A stretch of 64,000 bases of DNA, taken from assembly GCA_022340885.1 (NCBI GenBank), contig JAJDND010000055.1, positions 1,907-65,906 on the forward strand. The letters run 5' to 3'. Made by a program: the position numbers and the translations under genes. Of the stretch, positions 48,517-57,888 are shown one piece after another. This DNA is from Desulfobacterales bacterium (GTDB lineage: Bacteria; Desulfobacterota; Desulfobacteria; Desulfobacterales; UBA11574). Under the pieces are notes generated by a model. The model saw nothing but the letters and a program-made list of their open reading frames with translations. It searched no databases and had not been told where the DNA came from. Position 1 is the first letter of the stretch, and every line of letters starts with the position of its first letter.

Positions 48517-50244
48517 ATGAAGATATTAATTGCAAAGAACGCCGGATTCTGCATGGGCGTGCGAAGAGCTGTTGAAATGGTTCTGGATGCCCCCGGCAAA
48601 CATAAAACTCCAATCTACACATTCGGACCTCTTATCCACAATCCACAGGTTTTAAACCTGCTGAGAGAAAAAGAAATATCCACATTGAATCATATCCCGG
48701 AATGTGGGACAGGAACGGTTCTGATTCGCGCACACGGCATACCGCCATATATCAAGCAGGATCTTAAAAAAGCAGGTTACGAAATTATTGATGCCACGTG
48801 CCCTCGGGTGATTAAAGTCCAGACCATCATTCGAAAACATGCCAAAAAAGATCATGTATCCATCATCATCGGAGACAAAAATCATCCGGAGGTCGTCGGA
48901 CTGCTGGGATATTCCGAAGGCAAAGGCTTTGTCGTTGACAATATGGCGGATCTTGAATCTCTTCCTTGTTTTGACAGGGCCATCATTGTCGCCCAGACCA
49001 CGCAGAACATATTTTTTTTTGAAGAAGTCAAAAAATGGGTCGGTCAAAGATTTCCCCATTATAAAATCTTCGATACCATTTGTGATTCCACCGCAAAGCG
49101 GCAGGCTGAAGTCCAAAATCTGGCGGATTCAGTGGATGCCGTCATTGTGGTCGGCGGATACAACAGTGGGAATACGAAACGGCTTGCCGAAATTTCAAAA
49201 ATGACCGGGAAGCCGACCTATCACATCGAGACCGAATCGGATATCGATATAGACGCACTTGCCAAAGTCAAAAACGTCGGCATTACAGCCGGGGCTTCAA
49301 CCCCGAACTGGATGATTAAAAAAATATACAGAACCCTCGAAGCGATCCCCTTTAAAAAAAAGAAAGGATGGCAAAGCATCGTTTATTCCATCCAGCGGCT
49401 GCTCCTGTTAACGAACATCTATGTGGCCGTGGGGGCCGGCAGCCTTTGCTATGCCTGTATCAAAATTCAGGGGATAGCCCAAAACCTGCCCCATGTGTTG
49501 ATATCCGTGCTTTATGTTCAATCCATGCATATCCTCAATAATCTCACCGGCACAAAGGCAGACCGATACAACGATCCCGACAGATCTTCGTTTTACGATA
49601 AAAATAAGATATTGCTTGCAGTGCTGGCTTTCACTGCAGGCGGCTTTGGATTGATAATCGCCTATTCGGTTGGATTGATACCTTTTTTAATCCTTCTGGG
49701 TATGAGCATCACGGGACTTTCTTACAATTTGAGACTGATTCCCAATCGCTTTACAACCCATAAATCCATTCGGATAAGGGATATTCCGGGATCGAAAACA
49801 GCACTGATTGCCATGGCATGGGCCGTCGTAACCTCGCTTTTACCCCGGCTGTCCGTATCTGAGAATATTCATCTTAGCACGATCATCATATTTGTATGGT
49901 CACTGAGCCTGGTCTTTGTGCGAACGGCATTTTTTGATATTCTCGACATGCAGGGCGACCGCATTATCGGAAAAGAGACCATTCCCATACTTCTCGGAGA
50001 AAGACGAACGTTGCGCATGTTAAAAGCAATTTTGATTGCCAATCTGGGGATTCTAATCCTGTCAAGCGCGTTTCAACTGATTTCGGGTTTGGGATTTATT
50101 CTGGCCGTCTGTCCGGCTTTTATTCTTGTCATGCTGACAGCCCATGAACGGGGCTATATGCTTCCGGGAATCCGTCTGGAATTTCTGGTTGAGAGTAATT
50201 TTATCATGGCGGGTGTGGCGGCATTTATCTGGTCGGTGGTTTAA
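48517..50244 (+). CDS. ispH: IspH fused to a UbiA-like prenyltransferase membrane domain
   Basis: AGFCMGV, HNP, DATCP, TICDST, SGNT and TAGASTP, then ~8 TM helices with D.YNDP and DILDMQGD. Confidence 0.9.
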   Translation: MKILIAKNAGFCMGVRRAVEMVLDAPGKHKTPIYTFGPLIHNPQVLNLLREKEISTLNHIPECGTGTVLIRAHGIPPYIKQDLKKAGYEIIDATCPRVIKVQTIIRKHAKKDHVSIIIGDKNHPEVVGLLGYSEGKGFVVDNMADLESLPCFDRAIIVAQTTQNIFFFEEVKKWVGQRFPHYKIFDTICDSTAKRQAEVQNLADSVDAVIVVGGYNSGNTKRLAEISKMTGKPTYHIETESDIDIDALAKVKNVGITAGASTPNWMIKKIYRTLEAIPFKKKKGWQSIVYSIQRLLLLTNIYVAVGAGSLCYACIKIQGIAQNLPHVLISVLYVQSMHILNNLTGTKADRYNDPDRSSFYDKNKILLAVLAFTAGGFGLIIAYSVGLIPFLILLGMSITGLSYNLRLIPNRFTTHKSIRIRDIPGSKTALIAMAWAVVTSLLPRLSVSENIHLSTIIIFVWSLSLVFVRTAFFDILDMQGDRIIGKETIPILLGERRTLRMLKAILIANLGILILSSAFQLISGLGFILAVCPAFILVMLTAHERGYMLPGIRLEFLVESNFIMAGVAAFIWSVV

Positions 50245-50250
50245 CCACTA

Positions 50251-50392
50251 GAAGTCGTCTCAAAAGAAGGATTTTGGTTCAAGATCAAGGCGGGGCCGAG
50301 TTTCAAACCGCAGGCATACTCAAGTATGTCGAGGACTTGAAACGAAGCACCAAAACAGAAATTGGGTCAAAAGACTTTTTTGAGATAGCTTC
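50251..50392. mobile_element. hairpin MITE-like element between convergent ispH and plsY
   Basis: Imperfect TIR GAAGTCGTCTCAAAA/TTTTGAGATAGCTTC, TA-flanked; family core on the minus strand. Confidence 0.7.
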
Positions 50393-50395
50393 TAA

Positions 50396-51001
50396 TTATT
50401 TCCAGATGGCAGGTTCTGTTCCGGACAAAAGTCTTTTGATGTTATCCCTGTGGCGGAAACAGATAAAGATTGTAATAATAACGGCGCATCCGGTCATAAT
50501 TTTCGAATGGGTCGCCTCCCAGACGGCGATCGGTAAAACCGCGGCTGCAGCCAGAGAGGCCAGTGAAACACGGTTCGTCAAGCAAACCATCATAATAAAA
50601 ACCAGAATCGAAATGAGCGTCGCCACCGGTGAAATGACCATAAAGCATCCTGCCGCGGTTGCCACGCCTTTGCCACCGTTTTTAAACCTCATATAGACAG
50701 GGAAAAGGTGTCCCATGAAAGCCGCCAAAGACACAAAGGCGACGAAAAGAGCGGCCCAGGCATTATTTGAACCTGTGATCGATACAGCCCAAGCCACCGG
50801 AACGGCGCCTTTCAGGATGTCGCCGACAAGGGTGATGATGCCGAGCGTTAATCCTGTCTCCCGCGCAACATTCGTTGCGCCGATATTTCCGCTTCCCGTT
50901 CGCCTTATATCGACGGGCGTAAACAGTCGCGTCAGGATAAGTCCCCAGGGAATGGAGCCCAGCAGATAGCCGAAAACAGGTATTGCGATATATTTGATCA
51001 T
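50396..51001 (-). CDS. plsY: glycerol-3-phosphate acyltransferase PlsY
   Basis: YLLGSIP, GSGNIGATN, GHLFP, GGKGVAT and HRDNIKRL. Confidence 0.95.
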   Translation of the reverse strand: MIKYIAIPVFGYLLGSIPWGLILTRLFTPVDIRRTGSGNIGATNVARETGLTLGIITLVGDILKGAVPVAWAVSITGSNNAWAALFVAFVSLAAFMGHLFPVYMRFKNGGKGVATAAGCFMVISPVATLISILVFIMMVCLTNRVSLASLAAAAVLPIAVWEATHSKIMTGCAVIITIFICFRHRDNIKRLLSGTEPAIWK

Positions 51002-51018
51002 CTTAGCTCCATATTGCT

Positions 51019-51195
51019 GAAGTGGTTTCAAAACCTCCCCTCGGGCTCAATCTTCCATCTTCGCGATAGCTACGACGGGACAAGCTGTGTTGGACTGAGA
51101 CGGTCAATCCTCGAAATATTCCCGATATTCCTGCGGTTGGCCGCCTCAGTCCGTCTTGACCTTAAACCCGATTGAAGGTTTTGAAACCACTTCTA
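51019..51195. mobile_element. hairpin MITE-like element, subfamily A
   Basis: Near-identical to 29496-29673. Confidence 0.8.
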
Positions 51196-51273
51196 AAAAG
51201 ATGCCGTTGTGACAGATGATCTCAATTCAAAAGATCGTTTTTTAAAAAAGGATGACCGTAATTATGCTAACTA

Positions 51274-51414
51274 GTGTCCATCCATAAATGGTCTTTTTGC
51301 CCAACCTCAGCGTTATGCTCAAAAAATAATCCTCGGAATATCAATTATATGCCTGTGGTTATTTTTTTCGCATGCCTTGATCTTGAACAAAAATCCTCAT
51401 TTATGGATGGACAC
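51274..51414. mobile_element. hairpin MITE-like element, subfamily B
   Basis: TIR GTGTCCATCCATAAATG/CATTTATGGATGGACAC with TAACTA on both sides; inverted copy at 59466-59606. Confidence 0.82.
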
Positions 51415-51451
51415 TAACTATAACAGAGCTCACTGAAATATAAAACCTAAA

Positions 51452-51721
51452 ATGAAACCCGTGAAATTGCCCATAGAAGATATCCTCGACCTTCACACCT
51501 TTAATCCCAAAGAAATACCGGACCTTCTATCAGACTACTTTGCCGCCTGTATCGATGCCGGAATTTATTCCGTACGGATTGTCCATGGAAAAGGACAAGG
51601 AATATTAAAGGCAAGGGTCCGAAGTGTTTTAAAAAACCACAGGCTGGTGGAATCCTTTCGCAACGCTCCTGCCGAGGCCGGCGGCTGGGGTGCCACGGTT
51701 GTGTATCTCAAACGCAACTAG
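51452..51721 (+). CDS. Smr/MutS2 C-terminal domain protein
   Basis: LDLHTF, IVHGKGQGIL and GGWGATVV. Confidence 0.9.
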   Translation: MKPVKLPIEDILDLHTFNPKEIPDLLSDYFAACIDAGIYSVRIVHGKGQGILKARVRSVLKNHRLVESFRNAPAEAGGWGATVVYLKRN

Positions 51722-51863
51722 AAGACATCTCAAAAAAGTCTTTTCGTCCGATATCAGCGTTGAACCTTCGTATCAAGTCCTCGACATACTATAGTATGCC
51801 TGTGGGTTGATCCTCGGCCTCGGCCTTGATCCCGACCGAAAATCCTCATTTATGGATGGACAC
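51721..51863. mobile_element. chimeric hairpin MITE-like element
   Basis: Left end GAAGACATCTCAAAAAAG resembles the 50251 element; right end CATTTATGGATGGACAC is subfamily B. Confidence 0.7.
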
Positions 51864-52141
51864 TAATTATCGGCAAAAATACAAAATTTATCTGTCCTTT
51901 TCCTGTTACCTAAATTGCTCAGAATGTAAAAAATGTAATAATAATTGTGTCATTCATTTCATAGTTAATTTTACGATGATTCTTTTCAAACAAGCTAACT
52001 ACCTGAAATAACAGAATCTAACAAAAATGAATTTTTTCCTGCATGATTTTTGCATGAAGCAGTGATTATTTTGAGCAGAACCTGTATAAGCAATCAAAAT
52101 CTTATTAGAAATATTTCGAGAAAATTCCAAAATCATCTATA

Positions 52142-52300
52142 ATGACTATGATTCAGATATTACCCGATAACGGAGGTCGGCGCTCAGGTGTGGATCGACG
52201 AGAATTTTCTTATACTTCTCACATACCGGAACGGAGATCCGGTAAGGAAAGACGAAGTGGGAACGACAGAAGGCAAAAACCCAGGACCCGCAAAGAATAA
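52142..52300 (+). CDS. 52-aa Arg-rich microprotein with RRSGx(D/E)RR repeats
   Basis: Manual translation MTMIQILPDNGGRRSGVDRREFSYTSHIPERRSGKERRSGNDRRQKPRTRKE; below the ORF-track cutoff. No strong RBS seen. Confidence 0.65.
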   Translation: MTMIQILPDNGGRRSGVDRREFSYTSHIPERRSGKERRSGNDRRQKPRTRKE

Positions 52301-52415
52301 AATCGATTTATAATTCCTTCCTCTTCTCCCCGTGCATTTTAGATGCTTAACCCTTTCTATCAATGACCGAAAGAAAAAGATTGACTACATGAAACATAAG
52401 TTTTAAATGTTCTTG

Positions 52416-52435
52416 TAATGAGTTTATACTCATAA
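52416..52435. promoter_or_regulatory. TTATGAGC-N4-GCTCATAA-type operator
   Basis: TAATGAGTTTATACTCATAA downstream of TTGACT (52381); related sites at 57796 and 58186. Confidence 0.6.
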
Positions 52436-52523
52436 CTCAGCAGAGTTAATAAAAAAGTTACCGACTTTTAAGCACTGGATATAAAAATTGTTTTCATTAA
52501 ATGGTTCGACAGGGGAGGTTGAT

Positions 52524-52868
52524 ATGAAAAAAATTGCAATCGTTGGTTGTGGGGCTTACATGGACAGCGGGTATGGATGTTCGGGAGAATGGCGCTGCCT
52601 CAAGGCGGCAGCACTCGGTGAGGGCAACATCGAAGAACCTTCCTCGGTTGTTGCGTTTATGAAATGTGAGTGCCCGGGGCGGTCGCTGGTCGCCAATACC
52701 GGTTTGGCCTTTAAGATGTCGGAGATCAAACCGGACAAGATTTATTTAAGCACCTGCATGGTAAATGCCAAGCCGGATTGTCCGTACGTCACGGTTGAAG
52801 AGAGGGCGGCTATGCTGGAGAACAAAACCGGGGTCAAGGTCATTATGGGCACCCACGATTATCATTGA
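52524..52868 (+). CDS. CGGC-domain-like Cys-rich protein
   Basis: IAIVGC, GCSGEWRC, CECPG, IYLSTC, CPY and GTH; RBS GGGGAGG. Confidence 0.8.
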   Translation: MKKIAIVGCGAYMDSGYGCSGEWRCLKAAALGEGNIEEPSSVVAFMKCECPGRSLVANTGLAFKMSEIKPDKIYLSTCMVNAKPDCPYVTVEERAAMLENKTGVKVIMGTHDYH

Positions 52869-52923
52869 TGGTTGGAAATACCCGTCGAGATCGACCGGGG
52901 CGGCCGGCTCAAACCGGCTGGGT

Positions 52924-53457
52924 TTAACACTCGATACCTGTTCGCGCGACGATGCCCTGCTGATAGTAATGCTTGATTTCCTTTATCTCACTGACCACAT
53001 CGGCGATTTCCACCAGCGCTTTCGGTGCGCGGCGGCCTGTCATAACGATTTCCACATGTTTCGGCCGACGGTCCAGGAGGTCAAGGACTTGACGGGTTGA
53101 AATCAAATCAAACCAGACGGCGACGTTGATTTCATCGAGAATAATGATGTCGTATTGATTGGAAAGCATTATTTCCCGCGCCCTTTTAAGGCCCTGCTGT
53201 GCTTGGTCCACATGTTTTTGCGTGATTTCCTCCCGATGAACGCATTCAACATCACCGTACTGTTCAATGGTGATACAAGGGTGGTCGCGCAGTGACGTTA
53301 ATTCACCATAGTGCCGGCCCTTCATGAACTGGCCGATGTAGGTTTTCAACCCATATCCTGCGGCGCGTACGGCAAGGCCCAAGGCCGCGGTGGTTTTTCC
53401 TTTTCCGTTGCCGGTGTAAATGTGGATGTATGCTTTATTGAAGGTTTGTCTTTTCAT
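52924..53457 (-). CDS. cobO: cob(I)yrinic acid a,c-diamide adenosyltransferase (CobO/BtuR)
   Basis: YTGNGKGKTTAALG, QFMKG, ILDEIN and TGR. Confidence 0.92.
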   Translation of the reverse strand: MKRQTFNKAYIHIYTGNGKGKTTAALGLAVRAAGYGLKTYIGQFMKGRHYGELTSLRDHPCITIEQYGDVECVHREEITQKHVDQAQQGLKRAREIMLSNQYDIIILDEINVAVWFDLISTRQVLDLLDRRPKHVEIVMTGRRAPKALVEIADVVSEIKEIKHYYQQGIVARTGIEC

Positions 53458-53464
53458 TAGTTGC

Positions 53465-53668
53465 TTATTTTGCGGTCAACGCGCAAGTTTGTTTTTTCTT
53501 TATCCGATTAGAATTTTCTTTTTGCACAAACCAGATAGGACAAGCGGTTCGAAACTTACAATATATTTCGGGATCGCTGCATTGAAAACACTCCCCGCAC
53601 ATGTAACTCGTATATTTGGAACATACATAGCTGGTTTCTATATCCGGATGGTTTCTGCATTTTCCCAT
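53465..53668 (-). CDS. small Cys-rich protein
   Basis: CRNHP, CSKY, CGEC and YCKFRTACPIW; in operon position with RBS AAGGAAA. Confidence 0.65.
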   Translation of the reverse strand: MGKCRNHPDIETSYVCSKYTSYMCGECFQCSDPEIYCKFRTACPIWFVQKENSNRIKKKQTCALTAK

Positions 53669-53702
53669 TTATCAAATTTCCTTGTAACAGTTTGCACGTA
53701 TG

Positions 53703-53804
53703 TGTTCAGGGGATACACCCCTCTGTTTCACTCCGCCAACTCGCCTGCCATGCAAGGCACAAGCGGACAGGTATCGTTTCACAGGGGAGCGCACCCCCTG
53801 AACA
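53703..53804. repeat. ~100-bp hairpin repeat (second family)
   Basis: Ends TGTTCAGGGG/CCCCTGAACA; right two-thirds homologous to 40721-40940. Confidence 0.6.
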
Positions 53805-53827
53805 GGTATGCTTGCACATTGCCTTCA

Positions 53828-55174
53828 TTACATTTTTTTAAGGAGCTGATTGGCTGCCGTTAACGTTGGGTCCCAGGTCGGTCCAAAGGGCGGTGCATAT
53901 GACAAATCGGTTTGGCAGTAGTCTTCAACGGTCATTCGATTGTGCAGCGCAACGGCCGGTGCATTAATTCTATGGGCGACACCCTCTTTTCCCACCATCT
54001 GGGCACCTAACAGACGCCCGGATGTCTTATCGCCGACCATCTGAACATGGATGAGCGACGCGCCGGGATGGGCATGGGCGCGGGAGCGTGTTTTGATCAT
54101 CACTTCAGCCGGCGTAAAACCATGTGAATAAGCTTCGTCCATTGTCAATCCGGTTCGGGCCACTTCAAGATCGAACACTTTGAATACCGCTGTCCCGGCG
54201 ACGCCTGCAAGCTCGACCGGCTTGCCGCAAATATTGTCGGCGGCCGCCCACCCGGCCCGGTTGGCCCTCAAAGCCAGTGGTATCCATGTCTTTTCACCCG
54301 TGACCACGTGATACGCATCCGTGCAGTCGCCGGCGGCATAGATGGATTCCTCTGAAGTTTTAAGGTTCTTATCCACGGAAATGGCATTTCCCACACCGAG
54401 TTCGAGGCCTGCACCAACGGCTATTTCGCTATTGGGTTTTATTCCGACAGCCGCCAGCACCATATCGGCTTCGAGAACAAGATCCGGACACACAACATTT
54501 AACCGTCCATTATCCGAACGGATTTTTTCAACGGTGTGTCCAGGGAACAATTTTATCTGATGGGCTTCCAGCTCCTTTCGGACCACTTCGGCCATTTCCA
54601 TGTTCATCCACGGTATAAATGCCGGCCGCGGTTTAACCATATCGACATGGATGGATCGCGCTCTGAGCGCTTCGCACATTTCAAGGGCGATATATCCCAT
54701 TCCGATGATAACGACTTTTTTAACCTGATTGGATTGGATATAGGCTTTCAGTTTTCGGCCGTCATCCAGACTTTTCAGCGCTTTTACCCCCGGAAGATCA
54801 AATCCTTCAAGATCCGGAATGATCGGGGAAGCGCCGGTTGCAATGACGAGTTTGTCGTAGGAAAATTCAAAGGCCTTGCCCTCATGAGATGTACCGGAAA
54901 CCCGCATCCCCCCGGGATCAATGGATTCGGCACAGTGGCCCGTCAACAAGTTAATACCTTGTTTTTCTCTGAATACATGGGCTTGACGGACCACCAGGTC
55001 TTCGATCTCTCTTTCCTGATCTGCAATATTATACGGCATACCGCAGGCACTATAGGATACATCCCGGGTTTTTTCCAATACCGTCACATCAAGATCCGGA
55101 AGGTTTCTTCTGGCCCTGCTGGCGGCACTCATACCGGCAGCATCACCACCGATAATCATCAGTTTTTTCATCAT
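53828..55174 (-). CDS. CoA-disulfide reductase/NADH oxidase-family flavoprotein
   Basis: GGDAAGMSAA, SYSACGMPY, ATGA, YAAGDC and DLSYAPPF. Confidence 0.9.
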   Translation of the reverse strand: MMKKLMIIGGDAAGMSAASRARRNLPDLDVTVLEKTRDVSYSACGMPYNIADQEREIEDLVVRQAHVFREKQGINLLTGHCAESIDPGGMRVSGTSHEGKAFEFSYDKLVIATGASPIIPDLEGFDLPGVKALKSLDDGRKLKAYIQSNQVKKVVIIGMGYIALEMCEALRARSIHVDMVKPRPAFIPWMNMEMAEVVRKELEAHQIKLFPGHTVEKIRSDNGRLNVVCPDLVLEADMVLAAVGIKPNSEIAVGAGLELGVGNAISVDKNLKTSEESIYAAGDCTDAYHVVTGEKTWIPLALRANRAGWAAADNICGKPVELAGVAGTAVFKVFDLEVARTGLTMDEAYSHGFTPAEVMIKTRSRAHAHPGASLIHVQMVGDKTSGRLLGAQMVGKEGVAHRINAPAVALHNRMTVEDYCQTDLSYAPPFGPTWDPTLTAANQLLKKM

Positions 55175-55177
55175 GTT

Positions 55178-55537
55178 CTACCAGTGTGCTTCGGCATTTG
55201 CCTTGTCAGCAAACGTCAGCTTCCCTTCATTAAAAGAAGCTACGGCATCTCTGACAGTGCCCTCGACGTTGTCGGCCACATTTATTTTTGCGGCATTCAA
55301 TACCTGGAAGGCTTTGGGGCCGCAGTATCCGGTCAGAAGCACCGAAGCGCCTTTATCATTGACCATGGCGGCCGCCTGAATACCGGCGCCTTTAAATGCA
55401 TTGACATTTTCTTTGTTGTCCAGCACCTCGAAATCAAAGGTGTCCGTGTCGACGATGAGGATGTAAGGTGCCCGTCCGAACCGGGGGTCGACCAGCGAGT
55501 CAAGCTGAGTTCCCTGGGAGGTAACGGCGATTTTCAT
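55178..55537 (-). CDS. NifB/NifX-family (orange protein-like) protein
   Basis: MKIAVTS, VDPRFGRA, GAGIQAA and GPKAF. Confidence 0.88.
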   Translation of the reverse strand: MKIAVTSQGTQLDSLVDPRFGRAPYILIVDTDTFDFEVLDNKENVNAFKGAGIQAAAMVNDKGASVLLTGYCGPKAFQVLNAAKINVADNVEGTVRDAVASFNEGKLTFADKANAEAHW

Positions 55538-55610
55538 TGTTCCATTTTCCTATTTTTTGTTTTATAAGAATCGACGAAAATAAAATGATTGTAAACTATT
55601 AATATATATT

Positions 55611-55646
55611 TAGTGTTCATTTATAGATGGACACTAGTTAGTGTCC
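55611..55646. repeat. collapsed MITE subfamily B footprint
   Basis: TAGTGTTCATTTATAGATGGACAC-TAGTTA-GTGTCC. Confidence 0.55.
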
Positions 55647-56015
55647 CCCGCCGCACACCTGATCGTCTGAAATTACCGGCAGCTGGCCTGCAATCAGGTC
55701 TTCCACCACCGGCCGGATGTCAGGACGTACGGCATCGTGATATACATCGATACCCACTTGTCTGAATCCCATCAGAGGCCGCATGCCGATACCGCCCACA
55801 ATCAAGGCGTTGACATTGTGGTCGGACAGCAGATTGACAGGGACCATGCATCCCCCTTGAACATGACCATGGTTTTGTATGGTTGAGACCGCTTTAATTT
55901 TCCCTTCTTCGACATCCACCAAAGTGAATACATCGCAGTGACCAAAGTGTCCGGCCCTTTGGCCGTCGAGCCCGCCGTTGTCCATAGACGGAATAGCAAT
56001 TCTACCATTTTTCAT
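55638..56015 (-). CDS. NifB/NifX-family cluster-binding protein
   Basis: RIAIPS, HFGHC, HVQGGC, GGIGMRP and terminal CGGG. Confidence 0.85.
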   Translation of the reverse strand: MKNGRIAIPSMDNGGLDGQRAGHFGHCDVFTLVDVEEGKIKAVSTIQNHGHVQGGCMVPVNLLSDHNVNALIVGGIGMRPLMGFRQVGIDVYHDAVRPDIRPVVEDLIAGQLPVISDDQVCGGGH

Positions 56016-56056
56016 TTCAAAAATCCTCCTTGGCAATAAATTTTAGTTTTTTGCTT

Positions 56057-56923
56057 TTAAAGTGCCAATTTATTTTTCACACGCAGCCAGATCTCGCTGA
56101 TAGTGTTTCGAACTTTTGAGTTGCCCGCATATTCCAAAACCGTTTGTCCTTTAACCATGGCTTCGGTAAACACCGGATCGAAAGGAATTCGTCCCACAGT
56201 CGTTATATTATTTTCTCTTGCCAGGTTTTCGATGGCATCTGTCTGATCAGGGTTCAAATCGAACTTGTTGACACAGACCATCCCCGGAACCTTAAAGTGG
56301 GCCGCCAGCTGCGCCACGCGTTCCATGTCATGTAATCCGGAAACCGTCGGCTCGGCTACAATCAGCACGGCTGCAGCTCCGCCCAACGAAGCGATCACCG
56401 GACATCCCACACCCGGTGGTCCGTCTGTAATCAGCAGGTCCGATTGGGTGTTTTCCGCCAGCTTTTTAGCCTCCTGCCGGACAAGGGTTACCAGTTTGCC
56501 GGAGTTTTCCTCGGCGATACCCAATCTGGCATGGACCATGGAACCAAAACGGGTGTTCGAGATAAACCATTCTCCACATGTTTTTACGGGGAAATCGATG
56601 GCGTCTTCCGGACAGAAATCGACGCAGACACCACAGCCCTCACATTCGATGGGATCGACTTCAAAATTTTCGCTAATGGCATCGAACCGGCATAGATCTC
56701 TGCACAAACCACACGCCGTGCATCTGTCCGGATCAATGACCGCCGTTCCCCCGCCTTGAAAATCGTGCTTTTCCATTATATCGGGGTCCATGAGTAAATG
56801 AAGATCTGCGGCATCCACATCCGCATCACACATAACTTTGTTTTCAGCCAGTGATGCAAATGCTGCCATCAAACTGGTTTTACCAGTGCCGCCTTTACCG
56901 CTGATGACCACCAATTCTTTCAC
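56057..56923 (-). CDS. MinD/Mrp-like ATPase with 2x[4Fe-4S] insertion
   Basis: SGKGGTGKT, DADVDAADL, CTACGLC/CEGCGVC and DGPPGVGCPV. Confidence 0.9.
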   Translation of the reverse strand: MKELVVISGKGGTGKTSLMAAFASLAENKVMCDADVDAADLHLLMDPDIMEKHDFQGGGTAVIDPDRCTACGLCRDLCRFDAISENFEVDPIECEGCGVCVDFCPEDAIDFPVKTCGEWFISNTRFGSMVHARLGIAEENSGKLVTLVRQEAKKLAENTQSDLLITDGPPGVGCPVIASLGGAAAVLIVAEPTVSGLHDMERVAQLAAHFKVPGMVCVNKFDLNPDQTDAIENLARENNITTVGRIPFDPVFTEAMVKGQTVLEYAGNSKVRNTISEIWLRVKNKLAL

Positions 56924-56938
56924 AGTCGTTTTCCTCCT

Positions 56939-57775
56939 TCACCCGACGATTTCTTGAATTTTCAAATATAATGTCCGGAATGGTTCGTTCCACTCCGGCA
57001 TTTCCTCAACAACGAGCTTCCCTTTTGAATAGGCCTCTGCAATGCCTCGGTCAAAGGGAATCTCCATCAAAACAGGCAGATTTTCCTTCTCGGCATAAGC
57101 GCGTACACCATCATCGCCGATATCCGATCGGTTAATTACCAGACCCCTTGGAATCCCGAGAAGCTTTACGGCTTCCACAGCCAGTTTGAGATCATGCAGG
57201 CCGAAAGGGGTTGGCTCGGTAACCATCAACACAAAATCGGTTCTTCTCATAGCGGCGATGACAGGACAGGACGTCCCGGGGGGCGCGTCGATGATGGCAG
57301 GTTGATCGGACCGGGTATGGGATCGAACTTCTCTTATCAACGGGGGCGACATGGCTTCGCCGACTCTTAACCGCCCGTGGACAAAACCAATATGGTTTCG
57401 ACGGCCGATTTCAACCACGCCCAATTCACGACCGGTTTCGGTGATGGCTTTTTCCGGACAAATCGCCATACACCCCCCGCAACTATGGCAAAGTTCGGGA
57501 AATGTGAGAACGGTTTCCTTGATGATGGCGATGGCCTTGAAGCGACATATTTGTGCACATTTTTTACAAAAATTGCATTTTGTTTCGTCAATCTCCGGCA
57601 CTGGTGCATAAACCGTTTTTTTCTGCTCCATAACCGGGTTTAGAAAAAGATGTGCATTGGGCTCTTCGACATCACAGTCCAGAAGTTGTATATCCGACTC
57701 TATGGAAACGGCGAGGTTGGTCGCCACCGTCGTTTTCCCCGTACCGCCTTTTCCGCTGGCAACGCTGATGATCAT
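56939..57775 (-). CDS. MinD/Mrp-like ATPase with 2x[4Fe-4S] insertion (paralog)
   Basis: ASGKGGTGKTT, DCDVEEPN, CNFCKKC/CHSCGGC and DAPPGTSCPV. Start reassigned to 57775. Confidence 0.9.
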   Translation of the reverse strand: MIISVASGKGGTGKTTVATNLAVSIESDIQLLDCDVEEPNAHLFLNPVMEQKKTVYAPVPEIDETKCNFCKKCAQICRFKAIAIIKETVLTFPELCHSCGGCMAICPEKAITETGRELGVVEIGRRNHIGFVHGRLRVGEAMSPPLIREVRSHTRSDQPAIIDAPPGTSCPVIAAMRRTDFVLMVTEPTPFGLHDLKLAVEAVKLLGIPRGLVINRSDIGDDGVRAYAEKENLPVLMEIPFDRGIAEAYSKGKLVVEEMPEWNEPFRTLYLKIQEIVG

Positions 57776-57795
57776 CTTAAAAATTTTCCTTTGAG

Positions 57796-57841
57796 TTATG
57801 AACTTATGCTCAATATATAAAACACCATGGGCCCTTGTCAA
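57796..57841 (-). promoter_or_regulatory. sigma70 promoter with operator
   Basis: TTGACA 57841-57836, TATATT-like -10, operator TTATGAACTTATGCTCAAT 57796-57814. Confidence 0.6.
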
Positions 57842-57888
57842 GTTCGTTTGCCGTAAAATCTTTTCCAGGGCGCGTGTTTTTTTTTCGT

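Noticed and set aside
50274-50696. 140-aa ORF, and similar ORFs at 40667, 40787 and 51826
   Set aside because: Translations of MITE sequence and/or antisense of plsY.
52039-52054. sigma54-like CTGCATGATTTTTGCA upstream of the microprotein
   Set aside because: Lacks the invariant GG at -24.
10762-52868. Selenocysteine read-through at TGA-ending small genes (10974, 14398, 52868)
   Set aside because: The proteins end at family-typical C-termini, and I saw no convincing SECIS or downstream continuation.
53723-53783. GTTTCAC half-sites as possible parS
   Set aside because: No full TGTTTCACGTGAAACA palindrome; they lie within a repeat.
54536-55567. 343-aa plus-strand ORF
   Set aside because: Antisense to two well-supported genes.
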